From the NCBI RefSeq assembly GCF_018350175.1, contig NC_058376.1:133734001-133798000 (forward strand): a DNA stretch of 64,000 nucleotides. The letters are read 5' to 3'. Each line of letters begins with the position of its first letter. Position 1 is the first letter of the stretch. Shown here piece by piece: positions 12,039 through 25,247 of the stretch. The position numbers were made by a program, and so were the translations under genes. The notes under the pieces are model-generated. The model was given only the letters and a program-made list of their open reading frames with translations. It made no database searches and was not told where the DNA came from. Origin of the DNA: Felis catus (Eukaryota).

Positions 12039-13524
12039 AACAAAATAAAAAAAATGTACATATAGATATTATATTGGCCTGTGGTTTAAATAAACTAGAC
12101 TTTTGCAGGCAAAAGCCGGGCTGTATTTATCAGTTCTGCAAGGGTAACAGGTACTCAATAACCGTTTCTTGAATTGGATCTTAAAAATATCTGCATTTGG
12201 CTTTAGATTTTTCGGTTTTTAGATTTTTTTGGGTTTTGTTTGTTTGTTTGTTTCTTTGCTTTGAGTGGAGGGAAGGGAGAGACAACTGCATGCCTAGCAA
12301 ACTTATGGGCATGTCATAAATGTTAAACAAACAGTAACTGGATCATAAAGTGAGTTTGTCTGAATAGATAGGCAGACTGGATCATTTAAGTCAGAAAAAT
12401 GTAATGTCCAATCAGCCACTCTGCACTTCACTTTGTACTAATGCATTTTGGGCCACACAGGATAACTGTTGAAAGGCCAGGGCGTGGCTGCTTGTCTCAG
12501 CCCACTCAAAGAGCTTTTGTCACAATTCAGAGTTCGCTTTTCAGGAGTAATCAGAGGGTATTAATTTTCATGCCCCCAAAATTACTTGCCCCCTTTCTTG
12601 TTTTCCAGCCTCTCCTCCAAACAGTTGTTTGGTCTGTGTTGTTGTTGTTGTTTTCCTTCACCAAATCCAAATAGTCAACTGACAGGAAATTGTTTATTCT
12701 ATTTTTTTAATTGCTGATCTTGGTCACTCAAGTCATTTTCTTAGAATGCTGTCTCCCAGAATCTGTTCAGTTCCTTTTATAGTTCCGTGTCTTCTGCAAG
12801 GGTGCTAAACTATTCTTTTTTTTCCTTTTTTTAAATACTTAAGTTACCGATTCCTCATTATTCAACAAAACAGGGCAGTGTTATCTACAGCCTAAATGCA
12901 GACATAAATGAAGTATGAACATTCATATTTTCTCCCTAGACTTTATTTTATACATAGATATTCAAGAATAGATGCTCTATTTCTTATTAATACGAAGTTC
13001 TGGCTGTCATCTACGAGACCTCTAGATTAGTTTGGTTACCTTTTTTATTTTATATCAATGGGATTCTGTAGTGCAAGGGATATTCAGATTATTTTTACCA
13101 GTTTACCAGAAACTGTGTGTTTGCAAGCTGCCTGACCAGCTTTTTTCTACTGATAATTGTGGTGGATCTAGAGGGTTGTGCTGGGCATAAGAGTACTTGG
13201 TTGTGGCTCAAACAAATCCAAGCCACCAGGGAAGTTTCAGGAGTACCTATTTTCTTTATGTCAGAATAATTGCATAGCTTTAGAGTGCTCAAAGCATATA
13301 ATTAATCACGCTGAGCTTTCGTGACAATTATGTGAGTGGTCCAGGCTGCTGGCAGGACACTTGGCAACTGCCTAGTTCCAAGTAGTAGAGAAGGGCAGGT
13401 GGCTAGGCACTGCTGGCCAGCAGTTCTTGGTCACTTGGCAGGGGCAGTTAGGTAAACCGTGTTCTAGCTGATATTCTCAGCTGGGCTGCACTCGGGTCAC
13501 GTGCTGCACGTCTGGGTTATTCAG

Positions 13525-13725
13525 GAGGCAGAATAGTGGCGAGAAAAATAGAGGGTGTGGAGTGAGGTGCTTGGATCGGACTCTGGCTCCCTTGCTTCCT
13601 TTCTGTGTGGCCTTGGGCAAGATATTTAAGTCAACCTCATAGTGTTGGGGTGAAGATGAAATGAGATGATGTGTGTGTGAAATACTCAGAGCAGAGTATG
13701 GTGCCTAAGAAGCACCCCATAAACA
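13525..13725 (+). mobile_element. MIR
   Basis: ctgtgtggccttgggcaagatatttaa...gtgaagatgaaatgagatgatgtgtgtgtgaaa matches the MIR layout. Confidence 0.7.
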
Positions 13726-14024
13726 GTACCTACTATGTTTGTTTTTGTGATTTTTAGTTTCTCTTACTTGGAGTTTATCCTGAGATGAGCAAACTCACTT
13801 AGCTCCATTTGAGTTGGAGATTTGCCATGCCCGTTTTGGGAGTCTTGTCTTTTGAAATATGCAGAACGTACCCAGGGAAGTTTCTCAGACATATTCTAAA
13901 GTTGCTTTCAAAAACGACTTGTTTTGGTGGCTTTCTAAGTCAGGTGCCTCAGTACAACTGTGCGCGCACCTCAGTCGCCCCAGCTAAGTGATCAGACGGT
14001 ACTGAACATCACTTTCATTGAGCC

Positions 14025-14154
14025 AAGCACCCATACGTCTTGATTTGCCCAGGACAGTCCAGATTTACACCTTTTGTCCTGACAAAATTATTAAGAGTGC
14101 CTCCTTTCCCTCTCAGGCATCCCGGTTTGGATGATAAATAATGTGGTCACCCTA
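14025..14154. mobile_element. MER94-like non-autonomous hAT-Blackjack DNA transposon
   Basis: ccatacgtcttgatttgcccaggacagtcc...tcccggtttggatgataaataatgtggtcaccct, ending in the GGTCACCCT terminus. Confidence 0.7.
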
Positions 14155-14729
14155 CGGATCTGCTACTGATCACAAGGCCCCTGTGACTGCCTTCCATGCC
14201 CAACTTAGCCTTTAGATTTACACCTCTCTTTTCTCAGCCCCTGTGCCTCCCTTCTCTCTGTCATCTTCAAGGTCTTCCTCAGATAATCACTTCTTGCAAT
14301 GAATTGTTCCTTTCTCTGCCTTCCAGCCACCACTCTGTATCTCTATACAGCCCTGTTTCTTTCTGCCTCTCAGGTAACTTGATCTTACTCACCAAGAGGT
14401 TGCAAGGACACCTAGTTTAATGTCTTGTGGGAAGCATGTTTTTAAGCATATACTTGTTGAATAAATGTGTGAGTGGATGAATAAATAGACATGGATGATG
14501 TAACTTACCTTAGGGGTTCAAAGAAGATATTATTTAGACTTCAACTGTTTTTTCTTAATTGAGGTAACACTGGTATAAACCTTATATTAGTGCCAGGTGT
14601 ACATCATAATAGTTCAATGTCTGCATGCACTACAAAGTGATCATCACAATAAGTCTCGTTGCCAGTCATCGCTATACAGTGGGTCCCCTTCACCCGTGTC
14701 GCCCCCTCCCCCTAAGCCTGTTCCCTTCT

Positions 14730-14954
14730 TTTTTTTTTAATAATTTTTTCATGTTTGTTTATTTTTGAGAGAGAGAGAAAGACAGAGCGTAAGCAGGAGA
14801 GGGGCAGAGAGAGAGGGAGACACAGAATCTGAAGCAGGCTCCAGGATCCGAGTTGTCAGCACAGTGCCCGATGTGGGGCTTGAACTCAAGAGCTGTGAGA
14901 TCATGACCTGAGCCAAAGCTGGATGCTTAACCGACTGAGCCACCCAGGTGCCCC
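14730..14954 (-). mobile_element. Can-SINE (SINEC_Fc-like)
   Basis: tRNA-Lys-derived head, CT-rich linker and A tail. Perfect 16-bp TSD aagcctgttcccttct (14714-14729 and 14955-14970). Confidence 0.95.
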
Positions 14955-15934
14955 AAGCCTGTTCCCTTCTGATAGCCACCAGTCTGTTCTCCATATCTGG
15001 AAGCTTTGTTTTGTAATGTTTGTTCTTTTGCTTTTTGAATTCCACATATAAGTGAAATTCTCTAGTAGTCATTTGTCTTTCTCTGTCTGACTTATTTCAT
15101 TTAATAATAAATAATAAATAAATGATTTATATAAATTTATTATATATANNNNNNNNNNNNNNNNNNNNNNNNNNNNNNNNNNNNNNNNNNNNNNNNNNNN
15201 NNNNNNNNNNNNNNNNNNNNNNNNNNNNNNNNNNNNNNNNNNNNNNNNNNNNNNNNNNNNNNNNNNNNNNNNNNNNNNNNNNNNNNNNNNNNNNNNNNNN
15301 NNNNNNNNNNNNNNNNNNNNNNCGTTTCATGTTGTCACAAATGGCAAGATTTCATTCTTTTTATGGATGCATAGAGTTCCATTGTATAAACAGCATCTTC
15401 TTTATCCATTTATCCATCAGTGGACATTTAGTTGTTTCCAGATCTTGGCTATTCTAAGTGATGCTGCATTGAACATAGGAGTACGTATATCTTTTCAAGT
15501 TAGTGTTTTTGTTTTCTTTGNNNNNNNNNNNNNNNNNNNNNNNNNNNNNNNNNNNNNNNNNNNNNNNNNNNNNNNNNNNNNNNNNNNNNNNNNNNNNNNN
15601 NNNNNNNNNNNNNNNNNNNNNNNNNNNNNNNNNNNNNNNNNNNNNNNNNNNNNNNNNNNNNNNNNNNNNNNNNNNNNNNNNNNNNNNNNNNNNNNNNNNN
15701 NNNNNNNNNNNNNNNNNNNNNNNNNNNNNNNNNNNNNNNNNNNNNNNNNNNNNNNNNNNNNNNNNNNNNNNNNNNNNNNNNNNNNNNNNNNNNNNNNNNN
15801 NNNNNNNNNNNNNNNNNNNNNNNNNNNNNNNNNNNNNNNNNNNNNNNNNNNTTATTTGGACTGTTTTGTTGTTGGTGTTTTTTCCTATTGATTATGTAAG
15901 GGTTTTAAAAAATGTATTTAAGATATTAACCCCT

Positions 15935-16155
15935 GGGGCGCCTGGGTGGCTCAGTCGGTTAAGCATCTGACTTCGGCTCATGTCATGGTCTTGCGGTCCG
16001 TGAGCTCGAGCTCCGCGTCAGGCTCTGTGCTGACAGCTTAGAACCTGGAACCTGTTTCAGATTCTGTTTCCATCTCTCTGCCCCTCCCCCACTCATTCTC
16101 TATCTCTCTCTGTCTCTCAAAAATAAAAACTAAATGTTAAAAAATATTTTAAAAA
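15935..16155 (+). mobile_element. Can-SINE (SINEC_Fc-like)
   Basis: Starts ggggcgcctgggtggctcagtcggttaag. TSD aagatattaac(c/a)cct. Confidence 0.95.
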
Positions 16156-16864
16156 AAGATATTAACACCTTATCAGATCTATCATTTGGAAATATTTTCT
16201 ACTATTCACTAGCTTGCCCTTTTCATTTTGTTGATGCTTTCCTTCACTGTGTACAAGCATTTGAGTTTGATGTAGTCCCATTTGTTTATTTTTGTTTTTG
16301 TTGCCTTTGCTTTTGGAGTCAGATAAAAAAATTAACACCAATACCAGTGTCACAGAGCATATTGCCTATGTTTTCTTCTAGGAGTTTTATGCTTTCAGGT
16401 CTTAATTGAAGTCTTTAGNNNNNNNNNNNNNNNNNNNNNNNNNNNNNNNNNNNNNNNNNNNNNNNNNNNNNNNNNNNNNNNNNNNNNNNNNNNNNNNNNN
16501 NNNNNNNNNNNNNNNNNNNNNNNNNNNNNNNNNNNNNNNNNNNNNNNACTCCTTTTACATGTACTNNNNNNNNNNNNNNNNNNNNNNNNNNNNNNNNNNN
16601 NNNNNNNNNNNNNNNNNNNNNNNNNNNNNNNNNNNNNNNNNNNNNNNNNNNNNNNNNNNNNNNNNNNNNNNNNNNNNNNNNNNNNNNNNNNNNNNNNNNN
16701 NNNNNNNNNNNNNNNNNNNNNNNNNNNNNNNNNNNNNNNATTTGGGGTCTCTTGTGGTTTCATACAGATTTTAGAATTACTTGTTCTAGTTCTGTGAAAA
16801 ATGCCATTGCAATTTTGATAGTGATAACATTAAATCTGTAGAATGCTTTGGGTAGTATGGACAT

Positions 16865-17081
16865 TTTTGTAAAAATTTTTTAGTTTTTTAAAAATTTTAT
16901 TTATATTGAGAGAGAGAGCGAGTGAGCATGAATGGGAGAGGGGCAGAGAAAGGGAGAGAGAGAGAGAATCGCAAGCAGGCTCCTTGCTGTCAGTGCAGAG
17001 CCCAATGTGGAGCTCAGTCTCACAAACCGTGAGATCATGACCTCAGCAGAAATCAAGAGTCTGATGCTTAACTGACTGAGC
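16865..17081 (-). mobile_element. Can-SINE, 5' end in gap
   Basis: T-rich tail, (GA)n linker and ...gatgcttaactgactgagc, then a gap. Confidence 0.9.
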
Positions 17082-17299
17082 NNNNNNNNNNNNNNNNNNN
17101 NNNNNNNNNNNNNNNNNNNNNNNNNNNNNNNNNNNNNNNNNNNNNNNNNNNNNNNNNNNNNNNNNNNNNNNNNNNNNNNNNNNNNNNNNNNNNNNNNNNN
17201 NNNNNNNNNNNNNNNNNNNNNNNNNNNNNNNNNNNNNNNNNNNNNNNNNNNNNNNNNNNNNNNNNNNNNNNNNNNNNNNNNNNNNNNNNNNNNNNNNNN

Positions 17300-17481
17300 T
17301 TTTCTGGTACTTCATTATTAGTATATAGAAATTTAATAGATTTCTGTATATTGATTTTGTATCCTGCAATTTTACTGAATTCATTTATTCTTTTCTGGTG
17401 CTTCATTATTAGTATATAGAAATTTAATGGATTTCTGTATGTTGATTTTGTATCCTGCAACTTTACAGAATTCATTTATTC
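17300..17481. repeat. 91-bp tandem duplication within L1 ORF2
   Basis: 17300-17390 versus 17391-17481, 5 substitutions. Confidence 0.9.
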
Positions 17482-18269
17482 TAACAATTTTTCAGTGAAG
17501 TCTTCATGTCATCTGCACATAGTGACAGTTATAATTTGGATACTCTTTCTTTCTTTTTCTTGTCTACTTGCTCTGACTAGAATTTTCAATACTGTGTTGA
17601 ATAGAAGTGGCAAGAGTGGGTTCCTGATCTTAGCAGAAAAGCTTAGCAGAAAAACTGTTGAGGATGAGTTTAGCTGTGGGTTTGTCATAAATAGCCTTTA
17701 TCATGTTGAGGTATACATTACATCTATACCAACTTGAGTTGTTTTTTTTTTTTTTCATAAATGGATGTTGAATTTTGTCAAATACTTTTTCTGCATTTAT
17801 TAAGATGATCATATAATTTTTCTCCTTCATTTTTTAAATGTGGAGTATCATGTTGATTGATTTGTGGCTGTTGAATTCTCCTTGCATCCTGGAATAAATC
17901 TCACTTGATGATGGTGTATAATCCTTTTAATATATTCTTGAATTTGGTTTGCTAATATTTGTTGATCATTTTTGTCTCTCTGTTCATCGGGGATATTGGC
18001 CTGTAATTTCCTTGTGGTGCTCGTTAGGTTTTGGTATCAGGGTAATGCTGGTCTCATAAAATGAGTTTGGAAGCATTGGTCTATTCAGATTTTCTATTTC
18101 TTCATGATTCAATCTTGAAAGATTGACTGTTTCTAGGAATTTATCCATATCTCCCAGAGTTGTCAACAGTTCAACAATTTGTTGGTGTGTAATTATTCAT
18201 AATAGTCTCTTATGGTGCTTTGTATTTCTACAGTATCTGTCGTAACTACTTTTTCATTTCTCTTGTTCA

Positions 18270-18462
18270 CTCATTAATTAATTCATTCATATTTTTAGAG
18301 AGAGAGTGCAAGCAGGGGAGAGGGGCACAGGGAGAGAGAGAATCTTAAGCAGGCTCCATGCTCATCACAAGGCCTGACATGGGGCTTGATGTCATGACCC
18401 TGGGATCATGATTTGAGCTGAAACCGAGAGATGCTTAGCCAACTGAGCTACCCATATACTCC
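18270..18462 (-). mobile_element. Older Can-SINE
   Basis: gagagagtgcaagcaggggag...gaatcttaagcaggctccatg...gcttagccaactgagctaccca. Diverged copy. Confidence 0.85.
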
Positions 18463-20084
18463 TTTTTCATTTCTGATTTATTTGAGTCTTTTGTCTTTTT
18501 TCTTTGTGATTCTGGCTAAAGATTTGTCAATTTTGTTTATCTTTTCAAAGAACCACCTCTTAGTTTCATTGATAATTTCTAAATTTTTTTTTTTTTGGTT
18601 TCTATTTCATTTATTTCTGCTCTGATCTTTATTATTTCCTTCCTTCTACTAACTTTAGGCTTCATTTTGTTCTTCTTTTTCTAGTTCCTTTGGTGTAAAG
18701 TTGGATTATTTATTTGAGATTTTTCATGTTTCTTGAGGTAGGCCTGTATCACTATCAACTTCCCTCTTAGAACTATTTTTTGCTGCATCCCATAGATTTT
18801 TGGATTATTGTATTTTCATTTTCGTTTGTCTTAAGGTTTCTTTTGATTTCTCCTTTGATTTCTTTGTTGACTCATTGGTTGTTCAAAGCATGCTGTTTAA
18901 TCTCTATATATTTATGATTTTTTCAGTTTTTTCCTTGTAATTGATTTCTAGTTTCATATAATTGTGGTCAGAGAAGATGCTTGCTGTGATTTCAGTCTTC
19001 TAAAATTTATTGTGATGTTTTGTGGCCTAATACATGATCTATCATGGGGAATGTTCCATGTAAACTTGAGAAGAATGTGTATCCTGCTGCTTTTGGATGG
19101 AATGTTTTGCATGTATCAATTAATACATCTCTATATCCATCTGGTCTATCCATCTAAAATCTATTATCCATCTGGTCTAAAGTGTTGTGTAAGGCCAGTG
19201 TGTCCTTATTGATTTTCTGTCTGGATGATCTATCCATTGATGTAAATGGTATATTAAAGTCCTATTATTGTATTGTACTATTATTATTATTATTGTATTG
19301 CTGTCAATTTCTCCCTTTAGTTCTGTTAATATTTGCTTTATATATTTGGGTGCTTCTATTTTGTGTGCATTAATATTTACAAATCCTTTTGTTGCGTTGG
19401 TACATTTATCATTATGTAATGCACCCCTACTTTTTTTTGTCTTTTATGCTACTCTTTGTTTAAAAGTCTATTTTGTCTGATATAAGTATAGCTGCATCAG
19501 TTTTCTTTTTTTCATTTATGTGGAAGATCTTTTTCTATCTATTTTTGGTGTGTGTGTTCTTAGATCTGAACTAAGTTTCTTATAGGCAACATATGGATGA
19601 ATCTTTTTTTTTTTAAATCCATTCTGCCACTCTGTCTTTTGATAGGAGAATTTAGTCCATTTACATTTGAAGTAATTCTTAATAGGTATGTACTAATTGC
19701 CATTGCATTATTTTCTGGCTGTTTTTGAGATCCTGTCTGTTTCTTTCTTCTTTTGTTCTCTTCCTGTGTGGTTTGATGCCTTTCCTTAGTGTTATGTTTA
19801 GATTGCTTTCTCATTATCTTTTACCTATCTAGTATAGAATTTTGCTTTGTGATTACCATGAGGTTCACTTATAACAGCCTATAAAGCAATCTATTTTAAA
19901 TTGATGGCAACTTAAATTTTAACACATTCTAAACTCTACATTTTTTACTCTGGCTTCCCATGTTTTATGTTTTTGAGGCCATATTTTATATCTTTTTATT
20001 TTGTATTTCCCTTAACTAATTATAGTTAATTTTACTACTTTTGTCTTTTAACCTTCATTCTAGCTTTGTAAGTGACTAATCTAC

Positions 20085-20294
20085 TTTTTTTTTTTTAATA
20101 TTTATTTATTTTTGAGAGAGAGTGTGTGTGAGCAGAGGAGGGGTGCAGGGGCGGTGGGGGGAGTGGACAGAGGATCCTAAGTGGTTTCTTCACTGACAGT
20201 GGCAAGCCCAGTGTAGGGCTTGAACTCATGTACTGTGAGATCATGACCTGAGCTGGAGTCGGACTCTCAACCAACTGAGCTGCCCAGGTGCCCC
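20085..20294 (-). mobile_element. Can-SINE
   Basis: Poly-T start, gacagaggatc linker, ends cccaggtgcccc. Imperfect TSD taatc(t/c)act. Confidence 0.9.
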
Positions 20295-22529
20295 GTTAAT
20301 CCACTACTTTTACTATATATTTTTACCTGTGAAATTTTTACTTTTATGTTTTCTTGTTATTAGTTGTTGACTTTTCACGTTAAAGAAGTCACTTTAACAT
20401 TTCTTTTAAGGCCAGTTTAGTGGTGATGAACTCCTTTAGCTTTTGCTTATCTAGGAAACTCTTTATTTTCCCTTCAATTCTGAATGATGATCTTGCTGGT
20501 AGAGTATTCTTGGCTGGAAGTTTTTTTCTTTTAGCATTTTGAATATGTCATGTCACTTGCTTCTAGCCTGAAAAGTTTCTGTTGAAAATCAGCAGATAGT
20601 CTTATGGAGATTCCATTGTATCTAAAAGTTGCTTTTCTCTTGCTGCTTTTAAGATTCTCTCTTTATCTTTTGCTTTTGACATTTTAATTATATTTCTTGG
20701 TGTGAATGTCTTTGGGTTTATCTTATTCAGAACTCTCTGTGTTTTCTGAATCTGGATTTCTCTTTCCTTCTTCAGGTTAGGGAAGTTTTCAACCTTTATT
20801 TTTTCAAATAAGTTTTCTGCCTTGTTCTCTCTTCTCCTCTGACCCCTATAATGTAATTTTATTCTGCTTGATGTTATTCCATTGATCCCTTAAGGTATCT
20901 TTACTTTTTAGAATTATTTTTTTCTTTCTGTGGCTTTGTTTCAGTGAGGTCCATGGCCCTGTTTTCCAGGTTGCTGATTCATTCTTCTGCTTCATCTAGT
21001 CTGCTGTTAAACTCCTCTTGTGTATTTTTTCAGTTCAGTTATTGCATTCTTCAGCTCTGTGACTTTTGTTTGGTACTTTCTTGTATTTTTTTTTATTTCT
21101 TTGTTGAAGTTTTCGTTGTATTCATTCTTCTGAATTTGGTGACAATCTTCATGGCCATTGCTTTGAACTCTTCATCAGGCAGTGGGAGAGTTCCGAGGGT
21201 GCAGCTCAGGTGTGGCTTTAGTGATATTGGGGAAGAGTACTTGTGGCAGGGCATGCTGGCAGCTTTAGAGATATAGGAGAAGAGCATTGGGATGGGGCAT
21301 ACTGGCAGCTTTAGCAAGGCTGTATCCATGCACACCCACCTGAGCTAGCAAGGTAGAGGGAAAGTACAATGATGGTGCTCACCAGTGCCTCTGTCCCTAA
21401 AGAACCCCACCTGGTTCCTGCCCCTCTGGCAGATGTTTTATGACTAGAAAATGAATCTCCTTCATGTATTATCCAGTTACCTTGCAAACTACTGCCTTTG
21501 TGCTGATCCTAGGATGAACAAATCCATACATAAGCCACTCAAGATGAGTATCTCAGATTCCCATATACCCCTTGGATCCTTTGGACAAGCCCTGCTTATT
21601 TTCAAAGCTAAACATTTTGGGGGGCTCATCTTTCTGGTGCAGGTCCCAAGGTTTGGTGTGCCTGATGTGGGGAATGATGCTCGTACTCCTTAGGAAGTCT
21701 CTGGACCTGTGAGATTCACCACCCCTCCACCCCCTGCCCCATTGTGGTTTGCTATGCTAGGGGTGGAGTTTTGGGCAAGACTCTGTCTTTCTGTATCTTC
21801 TACCCATCTTGATGTGGTTCTTTTATCCCTTTTTGTGGAGGGGTTTGTTCAGCTAAGTTTTCAGTTATTTTTCAGCAGGAATTATTCCATATATAGCTGT
21901 AGATTTGGTGTAAGTGGAAGAGGTGGGTTCAGAATCTTCCTAGCTGCCATCTTGGACCTCCTCCAACTCCAGTTAGTTTTGATAGAATATAAAACTCAGT
22001 GGACTGTGTACTTCAAAGAAGAAATTTATTTCACATACATGATTTTGGAAACAATCAAATGGAAGGAAATACCTTCATTTAATTTAGATCCAGAAATTTG
22101 GTTGGTTCAACAATTGTTCTGCAAGATGTTACTATAAATGATCTGTCCCTTTTGTGTCCCTGAAATCAGAGTAAACCTTTGAAAATTTCTTTTGATTTAT
22201 GTTCTGCTATCAAACTTGAAACAGCATGGCAAGAGAGCTTACTTTTTGTTAAAGCATTTAATCTCTTTTCTGGTATTTGGTTTCTTTAGGTGATATTTAT
22301 AGTTTCTGCTTAATTTCAGCTTGTTTTTAAGGACCTGCATTACTTTTTATTGTCATTAATATTGGATTGTCAAAAACATTCATTGGGAGTGCTGCAGAAT
22401 TAATAGTAAAAAAGAAAATACATAAAGAATATGGAATACTAATAGGCAGACTTGTAGAAGTAGGATCTTTAATCCCTCAGCATATTTTGCATACAGTGTT
22501 AGAAATTCTACCTTTTGTTGCAACTCAAG

Positions 22530-22750
22530 GATTGGGTATAGAAGGGATCCTAAGAAGTGCTTTGTATGCATCATCTCATGCAAGTCTTCCCACAGCCTGC
22601 AAGGAGACTTTATCATTTCCTTTTAACAGACAAGGAAACTCATTCCTCAAGGTTTGGGAATTTCAAAGCAAGGTCACAGAAATTGTAAGAAGCAAAGACC
22701 ACATGAGACCAGGTTTAATTGACTTGAAAGCCCACACTTTGAACTACTTG
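22530..22750 (-). mobile_element. MIR
   Basis: MIR core ttttaacagacaaggaaact...caaggtcacaga. Confidence 0.55.
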
Positions 22751-24232
22751 TCACCCACTTTCTACTTTATCTTCTGAAATGTATCTTTGACTTTTTCCTT
22801 TTTTCTCCTGTTTGCCTAAGGCATTCTGACTCCTTGATCATGGCAGTTTCTACCAGTCCTAAAATAGCTGAGTGATTTTTAGGAAATTTTGGCCTTTTGT
22901 GGCTGAATCTTGGGATGAAGCCAACATGTGCCTAATCAACAAAAGCCATAGTGATAGTCCTGTCCACCATGCTGTAGATTTCTGTCTCATCCACAAAGTC
23001 AGGATTTTGTCCTTTTCCTCTCTGCTCTCCTTTGATGGATTTGAAAACTTCTTGGGGAAATCATTTTCCTTTGTTGTTTCTTTTTTAACAAAATGCTGAT
23101 TTACAGTTATTCACTCTTTAGGGTACTGGAAGGTAAAGCAGATAGTAATTAGTAACAATTTGTTTTTAGGTGAGCTTCTTCTAATAGTATCTATCCCTAT
23201 TATTGTTTTGGAATTGTCAAATAATTATGAAATTATAGAATGCATTAATACATTACTAGGAAATCAGTGTTCAGGTATTTTCATGGAGCAGGCTAAGTAT
23301 ACTGATTTGTAAATATTAATAGCCCGAAACCAAGCAGCTGGATTTAAAAGTAATTAATAATGTAGATTCATGGGATATTTAGAACGGAAAGAGATTATGT
23401 AAAATTCTTTTGTAGTTAGAGATACACAAGGCCGTACTGATTAGTACATTTAGCTCCTGGCTATGGTTGAGTTCATTTATTTGCATATTAGCATAACACA
23501 ATTGGAAAAAAAATTGTTATGTAATACTGCAGTATATGAGTATTAATAGAACAAGATGTGGTCTTCCAAGCACTACTTTTGAGAATTTGTTTTTTGCTAT
23601 AGATAGCTGCATGTGTACGCATGCTATACTTGTGTATGCATATACTCTGAAGACTCTGTTTATAAATAGTAATGATTAAGAGCAAATCAAATAATGTAGT
23701 GGTAGGTTGACTCGAGTCCTGTCTTGTGAGAGACTGACGGGTAGCAGGTGTTGCTCTCTAAATTGAAAATGCCCAGGAAGGGGTGGGCTCTTTTTTTTAT
23801 GAGGATTGCTGATGAAGCCTCTATTGCTCTTGACCAATTAGTGTGGCCACAGAGGGATAAGTGACCTCATTTGCAGTTACCATTAGAATCACAAGCCATA
23901 TGACTCTCTCCATATGGTTTCCTGCTATCTTTTATTTTTCATCTTCCTTCTGAGCTCTGATATCCTGTGGGCATAGTAGATGTGATTTTTCAAATAGTTA
24001 ATATGGTTTAATGTTTATTATTGAAGGAAATGCAGTGATTACCAATCTGTGCTAATAGTCCGTATAAATATCTAAAGAATTATTCAGATGTTTCATATTG
24101 GAACTAATAGAATTCCTGATATAATGCCAGTTTTAAGGATGTGTTTATCTTTGGAGTTTTTGATGGTTTGTTGAAGGCTTTCTCTAGTTTAAACATATTT
24201 CCGTAAATTTTTTATATATTAAAAATAATTTT

Positions 24233-25247
24233 AAAAGTAGAATCGCTGTGACATACGATATGTATGTTTAGCTTTAGTAGATGTTATTATGTGATTTTTC
24301 ACCCACCAGGTTCTGGTTGCTCTAAATGCTTTCTTAACACTTAGTATGGTTATATAATAGTACCTTACTGTGGCTTTTAGGTTGCATTTCCCTGATAACT
24401 AATGATGTTGAACACCCTTTCATATGTTTTCTTCACCATCTGGATATTCTCCTTTGTTACATGCCCATTTAAAAAATTGGGCTTTTCTCTTTTAAAACAT
24501 TGTAGGACTTCTTTACGTTTTCTGGATATATCTTTTGTATGATACGTATATTTAAAATGTCTTCTAGTATGTGAGTTGTATTTTCCCTGTCTTAAAGGGT
24601 GTCTTTTTATTGAATACAATTCTTAATTTCAGTGAATCCAATTTATCAGTATTTTCCTTTATGGTTATTATTTTTGTGTCCTGTGTAAGAAACCTTCACT
24701 TAGCTTAAGACCATGTAGGTATTCATTTATTTAATGTCTAGAACCTTTATTTTCACAACTACATCTACAATATATCTGGAATTTATTTTTCTGTATGGTG
24801 GGAGATAGGGGTCAAGATTTTCTTTCCATATAAATATCCATTTAATTAATTCAGCGCCATTTATTTGAAAATATCATTTCCAGGGGCACCTGGGTGGGTC
24901 AGTTGGTTGAGTGTCCAACTTCAGCTCAGGTCATGATCTCATGGTTCGTGGGTTCGAGCCCCACATCGGGCTCTGTGCTGACAGCTCAGAGCCTGCAGCC
25001 TGTTTCATATTCTGTCTCTAGGTCTTTCTGCCCCTCCCCCCACTTATGCTCTGTCTCTAAAATAAATAAACATTAAAAAAAATTAAAAAAGAAAATATCA
25101 TTTCCCCTCTGCATTGCATTGGCCCTTTGTCATAAATCAAGAGACTGTGTATGTGAGAGTCTGTTTCTGGAGTCTATTTTGTTATATCGGTTTATTTGCC
25201 TATCCTTCTGTTCATACCACACTGTCTTTCTTACTAGTTATATAGCA
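24233..25247 (-). mobile_element. Ancient L1M ORF2 3' segment (inverted part of a twin-primed insertion)
   Basis: Antisense L1 hallmarks ttgcatttccctgataactaatgatgttgaacac and ataccacactgtct. Contains a SINE. Confidence 0.8.
24883..25090 (+). mobile_element. Can-SINE
   Basis: Starts ggggcacctgggtgg. 15-bp TSD gaaaatatcatttcc. Confidence 0.95.

Larger units (their letters stand above)
14548..21965 (-). mobile_element. Near-full-length decayed L1 (carnivore/L1MA-type), antisense to PLCL2, interrupted by five SINEs
   Basis: 3' UTR at left. ORF2 pieces: [17 protein letters not shown] (~17.35 kb), NYMIILINAEKVFDKIQHPFM (RT, ~17.8 kb), MDKFLETVNLSRLNHEEIENLNRP/LPNSFYETSITLIPKP (~18.1 kb), endonuclease start ITSNVNGLNSPIKR (~19.65 kb). 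ORF1 piece PDEEFKAMAMK (~21.15 kb). 5' end with caagatggc YY1 motif at 21946-21954. Confidence 0.92.

Noticed and set aside
17043-19814. Reverse transcriptase and endonuclease peptide fragments as a possible novel RT system
   Set aside because: Ordinary frameshifted L1 ORF2 remnants.
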